From Microcoleus sp. (GTDB lineage: Bacteria > Cyanobacteriota > Cyanobacteriia > Cyanobacteriales > Microcoleaceae): DNA of 64,000 nt. Each line of letters begins with the position of its first letter. The first letter of the stretch is position 1. Where the stretch lies: assembly GCA_052279835.1 (NCBI GenBank), contig CP181291.1, forward strand, positions 3,520,001-3,584,000. The letters are read 5' to 3'. Positions 52,466 through 61,002 of this stretch are shown piece after piece. The notes below the pieces were generated by a model. That model was not told the origin of the DNA, ran no database searches, and was given only the letters and a program-made list of their open reading frames with translations. Both the position numbers and the translations under genes were made by a program.

Positions 52466-53272
52466 CTATCCGTGACTTAAGATATCTAAAAACTCTTGGA
52501 CAATGCGATCTGCATCTTCGCAGCATCTTTCTGCGTCGCAATAGTGGATGATGCTGATACCGTGAGATGCAAACAGGCGATCGCGCGTTTCATCTTTTTC
52601 TGTATCGGGATGCCATATTTCCAGAATACCCCATTTCCCTTGGTGGAAGATGAGGAAATCTGGTTCTTGGTTTTGTCGGCCTGCGGGTGTGGTGATGCGG
52701 GCTTTCGAGTTGGGGAAAAAGAGGGTGTTTGTGCGATCGAGCGCTTCGGCAATTTTGACTTGTTCTTCGCAGTGAAAGCGCAAATCGTTCCAGTGATAAA
52801 TCCGTTCTTTTATGGTTGACAAAATACCCTGGTTATGCGCGTCTTCAGCCTTAATAATTCCATCTGATACTGTATTATAATCAGATATCGTTGCACCCTG
52901 TAAATCAGTTGACGAATCAGATTCACTTAAGTTTGCGAAGGATATTCTGGCTCCGGTTAAATTAGCACCGCTGAGATTAACTCCAATAACTTGAGTTCGA
53001 TGTAATGTCACTTGATGCCGCCGCAAGTATCGCTTAAAAACAGAGCGTAAATTATTTTTTTTTACCTTTTCATCAAAAGCCTCTGAGAGTTGTTTCCAGA
53101 GTTTAGCCGCCAGCGCTTTGATGTATTCATCATTATATTGAGAGAGTTGAGAAATTTCTTCGTAGGAACATCGGCCTTCCCAGCATTGTCTGAAGATGAG
53201 CTCTTGCACGTCGTTTAAGCCTTCGCCATCGAGGAGATTTTCTGCGATCGCGATTGCTTCATCAACGGTCAT
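52466..53272 (-). CDS. wHTH + pentapeptide + PD-(D/E)xK-like protein (paralog 1)
   Basis: SYEEI..LWKQLSEAF; GVNLSGANLTGA; EPDFLI..GILE. Confidence 0.8.
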   Translation of the reverse strand: MTVDEAIAIAENLLDGEGLNDVQELIFRQCWEGRCSYEEISQLSQYNDEYIKALAAKLWKQLSEAFDEKVKKNNLRSVFKRYLRRHQVTLHRTQVIGVNLSGANLTGARISFANLSESDSSTDLQGATISDYNTVSDGIIKAEDAHNQGILSTIKERIYHWNDLRFHCEEQVKIAEALDRTNTLFFPNSKARITTPAGRQNQEPDFLIFHQGKWGILEIWHPDTEKDETRDRLFASHGISIIHYCDAERCCEDADRIVQEFLDILSHG

Positions 53273-53350
53273 GGGTTAAGTTTCCTTAAAGTATATATCT
53301 GGTGAAGTTTTGACAATAATACCATTTTTTTATGATGCTGTATAGAATCC

Positions 53351-53508
53351 GATCCCCCCGGCGCCCCTAGAACCCACCCCCAGCCCCTCCGAGGAGGGGA
53401 GCAAGAGGGGGGGACAACATTCTTCTCAAAGTCCCCCTTCCCCCATCCCCCCTTGGGGGGGGCAGGGGGGGGTGGGGGGCTAGGGGGAGGTGGGGATTTA
53501 GGGGGATC
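53351..53508. repeat. nested C-run/G-run palindromic element
   Basis: GATCCCCC...GGGGGATC ends with internal hairpins. Confidence 0.7.
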
Positions 53509-53560
53509 GAGATATGTGCAACGACCCATTAAATTAATATAAGAGGCTATATCTTAGGAA

Positions 53561-54421
53561 TTAAGGCTGATGTTCGCTCAACCAATTGGTTAAATCTGAT
53601 GCTTCGGAAAAGTCCAAAAGCGCTTCTCCTAAATCCTCTAATTCTTCTACGGATAAAGTCTGAATTTGCTCGCGGGTTTCAGATGCGATCGAACCGATGC
53701 GTCGAGTCAACTGGCGAGTGAGGAACGACAGCGCCTCATCTTTCCTTCCTTCAAGGAGGCCTAGTTGTCTTCCTTCAAGGAGGCCATCTTCGCGAATTTC
53801 TTGGTAAATCACAGACCCGCGCATAGTTTCTTTCCTAAATAGTTGTCTGATCAAGTCTTTTTCAAATCTCAAACCTGCGAGCACTTGGGTACAAGCGAGT
53901 AAATCCGCTTGCTGATTCGGTTCTTCTATTGTAGCAATCTGAGTAGCTATTTGCTCTAACAAATTTCGCGGCGAGTTGGTTTGGGATAGTGTCGCGAGTG
54001 GGAGTAAGCCGGGGACGGACAGCAGTAAAGCGGGGTCTTGTTCCCACAGGCGAATAACTCGGTAGCCGTGTCGGGTGTTCGTGTCTGTGTACTCGGATAC
54101 AAAAACTTGTTCTGAGGCTGTTTGCTGTAAAAAAATTACTACTTGATTGATGGAACAGGAGTATTGCCGTTTGAGCCTGACGTAGTAGTCTAGCATCCTG
54201 AAGGCGATGGTTGGTTCGGAGTAAGGCCGGGTTTCAAATTCCAGATGTAGGATTTGGCGATCCGTTTGCAGGAAAACGAGAGAATCGGCTCGGATGGGTT
54301 CTTGAATTAGTTCGGTTTTGAGTACCTGAACGCTGGTAGGCTCGTCAATTGGTAGCAGCCAGCGGACGAAGGCGGCGGGGAATTTTTCTGCTAGGTATTT
54401 GCAGGTGTTGTCGTAGGCCAA
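53561..54421 (-). CDS. Rpn/YhgA-like nuclease with DUF4351 C-terminus
   Basis: IRADS..LHLEF..RMLDY; LSVEELEDLGEALLDF..LTNWL. Confidence 0.88.
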   Translation of the reverse strand: MAYDNTCKYLAEKFPAAFVRWLLPIDEPTSVQVLKTELIQEPIRADSLVFLQTDRQILHLEFETRPYSEPTIAFRMLDYYVRLKRQYSCSINQVVIFLQQTASEQVFVSEYTDTNTRHGYRVIRLWEQDPALLLSVPGLLPLATLSQTNSPRNLLEQIATQIATIEEPNQQADLLACTQVLAGLRFEKDLIRQLFRKETMRGSVIYQEIREDGLLEGRQLGLLEGRKDEALSFLTRQLTRRIGSIASETREQIQTLSVEELEDLGEALLDFSEASDLTNWLSEHQP

Positions 54422-54526
54422 GGAAGTTGGATTGTGAGAGGGGTGTGTTAATTGTTGATTAGAGTATTGTAAGGTTAACTCGACTTTTTTGGGGAGCGCG
54501 ATCGCATGGGGAGAAAGGCGATCGCC

Positions 54527-55342
54527 CTATGCGTGACTCAAAATCTCTAAAAATTCCTGCACAACGCGATCGGCTTCTTGACTGCACCTGTGGGCTTCAC
54601 AATAGTAGATAGTGCAGATGCCAGCAGAGGCAAAGTCGCGATCGCGTTCTTCGTTTTTTTGTGTATCGGGATGCCATATCTCAAGAATACCCAATTTGCC
54701 TTGGTGAAATATGAGGAAATCGGGTTCTTGGTTTTGCCTGCCTTCGGGTGTTGTGAGGCGTGCTTTGGAGTTGGGGAAGAAGAAGATGTTGGCGCGATCG
54801 AGCGCTTCGGCTATTTTGACTTCTTCTTCACAGTGAAAGCGCAAATCGTTCCAGTGATAAATCCGTTCTTCTGGGTTTGATAAAATTCCTTGGTTATGCG
54901 CGTCTTCAGCCTTGATAATTTTTTCATCCGACTTTGCATTATCCTCAGTTACAATTGATTTGTTTAAATCAGTCTGATAAAAATCGGCTTCACTTAAGTT
55001 TGTGAGCAATAATCTTGCTCCGCTTAAGTTAGCACCGCTGAGATTAACCCCAATCACTTGAGTTCGATGCAATGTCACGTGATGTCGCCGCAAGTATCGT
55101 TTTACAACTGCTTTAATATTGCTTTTTTTTACTTTTTCTTCAAATGCTTCTGAGAGTTGTTTCCAGAGTTTATAGCCAGCGGCTTTAATATATTCATCGT
55201 CATATTTAGAAAGTTTAGCAATTTCCTCGTAAGACTGCCTGCCTTCCCAGCACTGTTTGAAAATTAGCTCTTGCACGTCGTTTAACTGTTCGTCGTCATC
55301 TAGGACTGTTTCGACAATGGCGAGAGCTTCATCCACAGTCAT
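54527..55342 (-). CDS. wHTH + pentapeptide + PD-(D/E)xK-like protein (paralog 2)
   Basis: Closely similar to 52466-53272 over its whole length. Confidence 0.8.
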   Translation of the reverse strand: MTVDEALAIVETVLDDDEQLNDVQELIFKQCWEGRQSYEEIAKLSKYDDEYIKAAGYKLWKQLSEAFEEKVKKSNIKAVVKRYLRRHHVTLHRTQVIGVNLSGANLSGARLLLTNLSEADFYQTDLNKSIVTEDNAKSDEKIIKAEDAHNQGILSNPEERIYHWNDLRFHCEEEVKIAEALDRANIFFFPNSKARLTTPEGRQNQEPDFLIFHQGKLGILEIWHPDTQKNEERDRDFASAGICTIYYCEAHRCSQEADRVVQEFLEILSHA

Positions 55343-55453
55343 GGGTTAAATCCTCTTAAAGATAGTGTGAGAGTTGAGGTTGTGCTGGCTGCGTGGGCTT
55401 TTGCCCGTGCGGCTATCTCACTCTGGGTAGATTTTAGCACAAATTTTAAGAGG

Positions 55454-55519
55454 TTGCTACTTTTTATCACTATTTGTTACTATTTATCACTGGTTCAGCT
55501 CAAGATGAAGCTTTACTAT
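55454..55519 (+). promoter_or_regulatory. 4x10-bp repeat array plus candidate -10
   Basis: TTGCTACTTT TTATCACTAT TTGTTACTAT TTATCACTGG; TACTAT at 55514. Confidence 0.65.
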
Positions 55520-55557
55520 AAATAAATTATGTTTGCACATTTCAAAACGCACAGGAG

Positions 55558-55845
55558 TTGAAAGAAGTGAGTTTACCATACAACATTGCCGAGACAATTC
55601 AGAATGTTATGATTGCTTTGGCTTTGGCTAAAGGAATTTTATCGCCCTCACAGGTTTCTGAGATTCCCAATTCGACAATAATAGCTCAATTTGAAGAGCA
55701 AATCGGAATAGCAGACAAGGCAGAAAGAGAGAGGGTAGAAAGGGAAATAAAAAAAGTAAAGTCAAATCAATCAACCATGCTACAGATAGCAAAAAAAACA
55801 GGCTATGGTAGCGGGGGTTATGGTAGGGGGAATTATGGGGGATAA
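55558..55845 (+). CDS. hypothetical protein with GYG-rich tail
   Basis: 95 aa ending GYGSGGYGRGNYGG; AGGAG nearby; start uncertain. Confidence 0.55.
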   Translation: MKEVSLPYNIAETIQNVMIALALAKGILSPSQVSEIPNSTIIAQFEEQIGIADKAERERVEREIKKVKSNQSTMLQIAKKTGYGSGGYGRGNYGG

Positions 55846-55860
55846 AGAAAGCAATCTTAC

Positions 55861-56082
55861 TAAGACTGTTTCGACAATAGCCAGAGCAGCCTCGGCAGTC
55901 ATTGGTTAAATCCTCTTAAAAGTAGGATCAGACTTGAGGTTGTGCTGGCGGGCGCACAGCATTTTGCTCGTGCATTTACCTCAACTCTGGGTAGATTTTA
56001 GCAGAATTTTTAATAGTTGCTACTTATTATCACTTTTTGTCACTTTTTATCGCTGGTAAAGCTGAGGCAGACGTGTTACCTT
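55861..56082. repeat. diverged duplicate of 55301-55519 (regulator 5' stub plus divergent promoter)
   Basis: Shared GACTGTTTCGACAAT, GGTTAAATCCTCTTAAA, CTCTGGGTAGATTTTAGCA; 4x10 array at 56017-56056. Confidence 0.85.
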
Positions 56083-56135
56083 CCTTCAAGGAGATAGGAA
56101 TGTGAAAGATCAATCACAGGAGGAAATTTAGAAAA

Positions 56136-56555
56136 ATGGCATGGAGTGAATGGATCGAGTGCAACTTCGACAGCAAAGGTGAACTCAACACTCAAGCAGT
56201 CGGCAGATCGCCAAACTCATCAGGGGTTTATGCGATCTCCACTAAAACAGGAAATAATTATCACACCCATTATGTAGGAAGGTCGGGAAGGAGTATTCGG
56301 GGAAGATTGCAATCCCATTTGACCGGAAAAGGGAACAAGGTTATTGCTGGATTATTGAAAAATAAAAAACAGCTTCCTAGCGATCCTACCCAAGCCTTGT
56401 ACTTTGCTTATTTGGAAACAAAGGAGAATAAGTTAATTGAAGCTGCTTATATAGATGCAAAGGCAGAAGATAGACCTCTGGCAAACTTAATTCGTGCTAA
56501 ATTGCCCAAAGGCTTGAGAGAAGAGGATGTTTTTGGATCTCAACTGGAAGATTAA
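56136..56555 (+). CDS. GIY-YIG nuclease family protein
   Basis: GVYAI...YVGRS..IRGRLQSH...IEAAYI...PLAN. Confidence 0.8.
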   Translation: MAWSEWIECNFDSKGELNTQAVGRSPNSSGVYAISTKTGNNYHTHYVGRSGRSIRGRLQSHLTGKGNKVIAGLLKNKKQLPSDPTQALYFAYLETKENKLIEAAYIDAKAEDRPLANLIRAKLPKGLREEDVFGSQLED

Positions 56556-56592
56556 ACTATACTGATTTTGTGCAGGGGGAGGTAAGCGTTAT

Positions 56593-57288
56593 ATGTTGGT
56601 CTTCATTATCATCCTAGTAGTAATTTTGGTTGTGGTTTGGGTGAATTCTAATACCTCTAACAGAGTTCAAGGGAATAGTAGCAAGCAGAAATTCCCTACC
56701 GTTGATGAAAGTCAACTCAATGACGATCTCAGTTCAGCAGTAGGAATAGATTATCGAAAACTCCGTAATTTCCTAGCAGTAGGAGATTTTGAATCAGCGA
56801 ATAAGGAAATAATTACTATTTTCACAAAGCTTATTTATCCTATGAAGGAAGTGGGTAACATTCGTAATCAATTTTTTTATCTTGATATCGGTGTCGATGA
56901 AGAAATCTATGAAGATCGTGTAGAAAGAATTCCCTGCACTGATATCTGTACAATGGAGAGGCTTTGGGTAAAATACAGTAGTGGACACTTTGGATTTAGA
57001 ATCCAATCCGAAATTAATCAGCAGCTATATAGACAATTTTATGAAGAGATTGTCGAATTTAATCGTAAAGAAAAAATTAATATGGCACAAGAAGAAGTTC
57101 ATCTCAGAACAGTTTTAAAAACACAGGATGCGTTCAAAAAACAGCTTAAATGGGATCAAGACTCTTTAATTTTTAACCATTCAGCACCAAGTGGTCACTT
57201 GCCAAAAATACTGTCGCTACATATTATGACACGTTACAAGCACCAGGTTATGTTATTAAATAGAGTGACAGACTGTATCGACTCATAA
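56593..57288 (+). CDS. membrane-anchored GUN4 domain protein
   Basis: N-terminal TM; SAVGIDYRKLRNFL, LWVKYSSGHFGF.IQ, APSGHLP. Confidence 0.85.
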   Translation: MLVFIIILVVILVVVWVNSNTSNRVQGNSSKQKFPTVDESQLNDDLSSAVGIDYRKLRNFLAVGDFESANKEIITIFTKLIYPMKEVGNIRNQFFYLDIGVDEEIYEDRVERIPCTDICTMERLWVKYSSGHFGFRIQSEINQQLYRQFYEEIVEFNRKEKINMAQEEVHLRTVLKTQDAFKKQLKWDQDSLIFNHSAPSGHLPKILSLHIMTRYKHQVMLLNRVTDCIDS

Positions 57289-57323
57289 ATCCTTGCTCTC
57301 CCACTCAAATCGCTTCCACTCCA

Positions 57324-57692
57324 TCATACTTTCAAGGATTCTCGCTCATGCTCTTTTGAAGGCACTCCATAAGCAGTATAAGGTCTAACATCAGGCGGTT
57401 GAAGCCCCAAAACAATTGATTTAGCCGGAACCCCCGCTGCAACTAACTCCTCAGCAATCAGGCGATCGGTATTATTTGCTTGAATCCACACCTGAGAGTC
57501 AATAATATCAATATGAATCACGCAATGGTGAATGCGTTGCTCGTTAAACCAACCTATATTGATTAACATATAGCGGTCATTTTCCACATCAAAAATTGTG
57601 GCGTTTTGCGTCCCGCTGTCAAAAACGGGAATCTCAGCGTATTCAGTCAGGAGCTGCTTAACAAGTTTGCGATAATTATTTAAGCTATCCAT
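57324..57692 (-). CDS. xisI: XisI family protein
   Basis: DRYMLINIGW, IHIDI..VWIQ.NNTD, GVPAKSIVLG. Confidence 0.9.
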   Translation of the reverse strand: MDSLNNYRKLVKQLLTEYAEIPVFDSGTQNATIFDVENDRYMLINIGWFNEQRIHHCVIHIDIIDSQVWIQANNTDRLIAEELVAAGVPAKSIVLGLQPPDVRPYTAYGVPSKEHERESLKV

Positions 57693-58099
57693 TGTACTAT
57701 TTCCTCGGTTTTTGGGTTGAAAACAACAAGATTTAGGCGGTTATTATCTAGCAAAATCTGACCAAATTTTTGTCCTTCAAAAAGATCCGTAAAAGCATTT
57801 AGTGGAATTGCAAGATACAGTTGTCTTTCTGATTCCGTCCGTTGTAAAATATCATGATAAAGAGTGTATTGACCCAACGCTTGCTCTAAATCTGCAACTC
57901 TCGACTCTCTGAGAAAACTTTTAACTTCAACGGCTATTTTGCGATCGTTGTTCTCAGCAGCTAATAGCTGTTCTGCACCAAGATCGATCGATAGGTTTCT
58001 CTTCGCCCAAGCTAATGGATACGGATCGTGGGTAATTGTCCAGCCAGCCTTAATCAGACCCTGTTTGACAACTTGATGATAAATGTCTCTTGCTGGCAC
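57680..58099 (-). CDS. xisH: XisH family protein
   Basis: MPARDIYH, GWTITHDP, DLGAE, IAVEVKSF, ALGQY. Confidence 0.92.
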   Translation of the reverse strand: MPARDIYHQVVKQGLIKAGWTITHDPYPLAWAKRNLSIDLGAEQLLAAENNDRKIAVEVKSFLRESRVADLEQALGQYTLYHDILQRTESERQLYLAIPLNAFTDLFEGQKFGQILLDNNRLNLVVFNPKTEEIVQWIA

Positions 58100-58150
58100 G
58101 ATCGCTCTCTTTTGCTATCGAGGTTGAGACTATTATAATGTATTTCATCC

Positions 58151-58241
58151 ATCCCCGATCGCCAAAATCATCCCCAATGCGATCGCTCACGCTTGGGAAG
58201 TCGGGAGTCTGCAAGCATTAGAAGAAGTTGAAAGTGCGATC
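58151..58241 (+). pseudogene. 3' remnant of the Uma2 gene found intact at 59974-60639
   Basis: Near-identical to 60520-60609. Confidence 0.85.
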
Positions 58242-58284
58242 ATTTTTTTTCCTCCACCACACAAACAGAATTTTACAATAGCAT

Positions 58285-58507
58285 TCAACAAGCAATTTGA
58301 AGCGTCCTGGGTTCAGGGATAGATTCACCTTCTGCTTCCCAAGCTTCCAAATACATTTCGATCACTTCTTCGCGCTTATGAATTGCTTCTGAGCGAGTTT
58401 GACCGTGAGTACAAGGCATAATCACGCGATCGCCAAACTCTGGAATCGTGACTAGGAAAAGCCGATCTTCATGACTACCATTGAACAATCATACTATATC
58501 GACTCAT
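58285..58507 (-). pseudogene. HicB-family antitoxin, +1 frameshift after codon 10
   Basis: MSRYSMIVQW* / SHEDRLFLVTIPEF...CTHGQT.SEAI...IPEP. Confidence 0.8.
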
Positions 58508-58523
58508 AAATCCTCGCCCCTTT

Positions 58524-58958
58524 TTAACACCATAGAAAAAAAGATTTGTCAACAGTTACATATTTCCCCAAAACTGTCAATGGCATCACATCCCCACTTC
58601 CAAGTACATCAACAGACACCCCATCTCTAATCAGAATTTTAAACACTTCATCCCCATTTTGAACTAAGCTTGCATCTAACTCAATAACTTGACCCTCTTC
58701 CTTCAAGACACTTAATAAATCTGAACTAGATAAACGCAATACTTCCTCATTATTACCTTTCTTAGTCAATTGATCGCCACATCTTCCAGTAGCATCAATA
58801 TCAGCAATGATCCATTGATTAGGCAACTCACAATTTTGGGCTAAATATTCAATAATTTGGGCAACTCTGGGTTCCAGTTTTTCCTGTTCCTCATAGCAGA
58901 GTGTAATTGCCCACTTTTGGCTAACATTTTGTTTGAGAGCAGAAGTTTGAGATTTCAT
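58524..58958 (-). CDS. hypothetical protein, probable orphan immunity protein
   Basis: 144 aa, acidic; ATGA-coupled to a toxin-like C-terminal stub. Confidence 0.65.
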   Translation of the reverse strand: MKSQTSALKQNVSQKWAITLCYEEQEKLEPRVAQIIEYLAQNCELPNQWIIADIDATGRCGDQLTKKGNNEEVLRLSSSDLLSVLKEEGQVIELDASLVQNGDEVFKILIRDGVSVDVLGSGDVMPLTVLGKYVTVDKSFFLWC

Positions 58959-59044
58959 AATAGTTCCGGTATTTTATTTCTAGTAGGAGTACCACCTGTA
59001 AGATTTGGTATCCATTGATGTTGATGAGGTGGTGGCAGATGATC
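58955..59044 (-). pseudogene. C-terminal stub of a polymorphic toxin (Ntox24-like)
   Basis: Reads DHLPPPHQHQWIPNLTGGTPTRNKIPELL*; family recalled from the PHQH..PN.TGG motif. Confidence 0.5.
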
Positions 59045-59120
59045 GCCAAACTCTGGAATAGTAACTAAGAAAAGTCCATCTTCATGACTACCATTGAACA
59101 ATCATACTGTATCGACTCAT
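59041..59120 (-). pseudogene. 5' fragment of hicB truncated at GATC
   Basis: Matches the 5' end of the hicB copies at 58285-58507 and 60648-60870; same frameshift. Confidence 0.8.
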
Positions 59121-59157
59121 AAACCATCGCCCTCCAAGTCAAATCCCTTCCACTCCA

Positions 59158-59523
59158 TCATACTTTTAAGGATTCTCGCTGCTCACTACAAGGAATTCCA
59201 TAAGCAGTATAAGGTCTAACATCAGGCGGTTGAAGCCCCAAAACAATTGATTTAGCCGGAACTCCCGCTGCAACTAACTCCTCTGCAATCAGGCGATCGG
59301 TATTATTTGCTTGAATCCACACCTGAGAGTCAATAATATCAATATGAATCACGCAATGGTGAATGCGTTGCTCGTTAAACTAACCTATATTGATTAACAT
59401 ATAGCGGTCATTTTCCACATCAAAAATTGTGGCGTTTTGCGTCCCACTTTCACAAACGGGAATCTCAGCGTATTCAGTCAGGAGCTGTTTAACAAGTTTG
59501 CGATAATTATTTAAGCTATCCAT
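59158..59523 (-). pseudogene. xisI: xisI copy with a nonsense codon
   Basis: Near-identical to 57324-57692; TGG>TAG at 59380-59382. Confidence 0.88.
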
Positions 59524-59839
59524 TTTACTATTTCCTCTGTTTTTGGGTTAAAAACAACAAGATTTAGGCGGTTATTATCTAGCAATATAGAAGTTGACAG
59601 TTGACAGTTGACAGTTGACAGTTGACAGTTAGACTGTTTATGGTGGCTGAAGAGCGGATATATTCATGAACTTATTTATGTCAATACCGATGTGGCGGTT
59701 GCTATAGCTGTTCGGCACCAAGATCGATCGATAGGTTTCTCTTCGCCCAAGCCAATGGATAGGGATCGTGGGTAATTGTCCAGCCAGCCTTAATCAGACC
59801 CTGTTTGACAACTTGATGATAAATGTCTCTTGCTGGCAC
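59511..59839 (-). pseudogene. xisH: xisH copy with the middle replaced by unrelated DNA containing (AGTTGAC)5
   Basis: Both ends match 57680-58099; ~59586-59702 does not. Confidence 0.85.
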
Positions 59840-59973
59840 GATCGCTCTCTTTTGCTATTGAGGTTGAGACTATTATAATGTATTTCATCCATCCCGATCG
59901 CCCTCACCTCAGCAAACCTCGCACTTCTGGGGTTAAAATTAGTAAACTGGACAAACATCTAACAGGAGTGCCC

Positions 59974-60639
59974 ATGACAACTCTCGTCCCCATTGTCAAA
60001 CCCATCAGCCAGATGAAACTAGCTCCCGGTAGTACAGTCACTATCCCAAATGTCAACTGGCAAGAATTTGAGACAATTTTGCAGGAATTGGGGGAACATC
60101 GAAAATCGAGAGTTGCCTACAGCAATGGTATTTTAGAAATTATGCTTCCCTTGCCAGAACATGAAATTCCCAGAGACCTCATTTCTGATATTGTCAAAAC
60201 ATTGCTGAAGCTGAAAGGTATCCGATATCAACCTTTTGGTTCCACCACATTCAAACGGGAAGGTACAGCAGGAGTAGAACCGGATGCTTGCTTTTATATT
60301 CAAAATTATCAACAAATGATCGGTCGCCGCCGACTTCAACCGGAAGATCCACCTCCCGATTTAGCAATTGAGACTGATGTCACTTCTAAAACAACTCTCG
60401 ATGCCTACGAAGCAATTGGAGTTCCTGAACTTTGGGTTTATGATAGTGGCAGGTTGAAAATCTATCTGCTCAGAAACGGAAAGTATTTAGAATCCCAAAC
60501 CAGTCCTAATTTTCCCGAAATCCCGATCGCCCAAATCATCCCCAATGCGATCGCTCACGCTTGGGAAGTGGGAAGTCTGCAAGCATTAGAAGAAGTAGAA
60601 AGTGCGATCGTTAAGTCTCCGGTGCATGATAACAAGTAA
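59974..60639 (+). CDS. Uma2 family endonuclease
   Basis: AGGAG RBS; GVEPDACFY, PPPDLAIE, GVPELWVY. Confidence 0.92.
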   Translation: MTTLVPIVKPISQMKLAPGSTVTIPNVNWQEFETILQELGEHRKSRVAYSNGILEIMLPLPEHEIPRDLISDIVKTLLKLKGIRYQPFGSTTFKREGTAGVEPDACFYIQNYQQMIGRRRLQPEDPPPDLAIETDVTSKTTLDAYEAIGVPELWVYDSGRLKIYLLRNGKYLESQTSPNFPEIPIAQIIPNAIAHAWEVGSLQALEEVESAIVKSPVHDNK

Positions 60640-60647
60640 AATAGCAT

Positions 60648-60870
60648 TCAACAAGCAATTTGAAGCGTCCTGGGTTCAGGGATAGATTCACCTTCTGCTT
60701 CCCAAGCTTCCAAATACATTTCTATCACTTCTTCGCCGTTATGAATTGCTTCTGAGCGAGTTTGACCGTGAGTGCAAGGCATCACCACGCGATCGCCAAA
60801 CTCTGGAATCGTGATTAGGAAAAGCCGATCTTCATGACTACCATTCAACAATCATACTGTATCGACTCAT
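60648..60870 (-). pseudogene. HicB-family antitoxin, same +1 frameshift
   Basis: MSRYSMIVEW* / SHEDRLF...; 223 nt (3n+1). Confidence 0.8.
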
Positions 60871-61002
60871 AAATCCTCGCCCTTCCTGAGAAATAATTAT
60901 TATGTTAAAATTAGGGCTTACGCACTATATCCAGAGCTAAGGGCAACCGGGCGTGGGATTCCATAGTCCTGAAAATGATATTATAACATTGGAGGTTTTC
61001 CC

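Noticed and set aside
53269..53529. Pro/Gly-rich 86-aa ORF
   Set aside because: It derives from G/C-run palindromes and has no coding signature.
57324..59839. fdxN-type excision element
   Set aside because: No XisF-like recombinase and no interrupted nif/fdxN gene in the window.
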